Below, piece after piece: positions 63,551 through 64,000 of a DNA stretch of 64,000 bases (position 1 is its first letter; every line of letters starts with the position of its first letter). The stretch is from Podarcis melisellensis (lineage: Eukaryota). The stretch lies in NCBI GenBank assembly GCA_964234715.1, contig OZ174283.1; one strand, given 5' to 3'. A model generated the notes under the pieces. It saw nothing but the letters and a program-made list of their open reading frames with translations, ran no database searches and was not told where the DNA came from. The translations under genes and the position numbers were made by a program.

Positions 63551-64000
63551 CACCCCAACTTTTACACGGGAAGACACCCGAGGACACCAAAACCTGCATT
63601 CCTGTACCCGTGAAAATCTACGAAAGCATATATATATATATATATATAGTCTTTTTTTTAAAAAAAAGTTCACTTAGTTCCTTGCTTGGTTGATTTCATC
63701 TATTCTTTGGAGGAGTTCTGAGGGGCTTGTGAATACGACAGCTGCATAAATAATCTGGATTTATTTAGAAGCCCTGTTTATTTATGAGGGCGGGCAAGTC
63801 ACTCTCTGTAGCTTGGTACACAAAGCTATTATTCCAGAAACAGCTGTATCTCTTTATTAGATATTTGTTTAACTCATTACAAGAATACCCCAGGCAATGA
63901 CTCTGAGTACAGCTGCTTCTTCAAAGCTGCAGTGCATGTGGAATATATGCACGTTAACACCACATATGTATCAGGCAGTTAAATCCCTCTTATTGTTAAG

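Larger units (their letters stand above)
61276..63629 (+). mobile_element. Penelope-like element (Poseidon-type) copy 2: inverted 3' arm plus 5'-truncated body
   Basis: 61276-61874 is the reverse complement of 63001-63599; the body encodes RT and a GIY-YIG endonuclease; (AT)n on both sides. Confidence 0.97.

Overview
Vertebrate genomic DNA, almost certainly a squamate and probably a lacertid lizard (Sauria SINE, Squam3-type SINE with (CTT)n tail, BovB, CR1, L2). It covers the conserved CLCN3(+) / HPF1(-) / MFAP3L(-) block. Genes: the last two exons and 3' UTR of CLCN3, whose terminal exon is open in two frames (ClC-3A '...SIMFN' and ClC-3B '...STTL'); the complete 8-exon HPF1 gene (347 aa) with its CpG-island promoter; about 30 kb of repeat-rich intergenic DNA; and both coding exons of MFAP3L (384 aa). 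The most striking feature is a pair of very young, about 99% identical Penelope-like (Poseidon-type) retroelement insertions at 26955-28045 and 61276-63629. Both sit in (AT)n microsatellites, both form long inverted repeats (494 and 599 bp), both have identical outer ends at two GCAT motifs 30 nt apart, and every arm carries a minimal hammerhead ribozyme core that overlaps the end of the ORF. Family names and orthology come from my recollection of known sequences; no database search was run.
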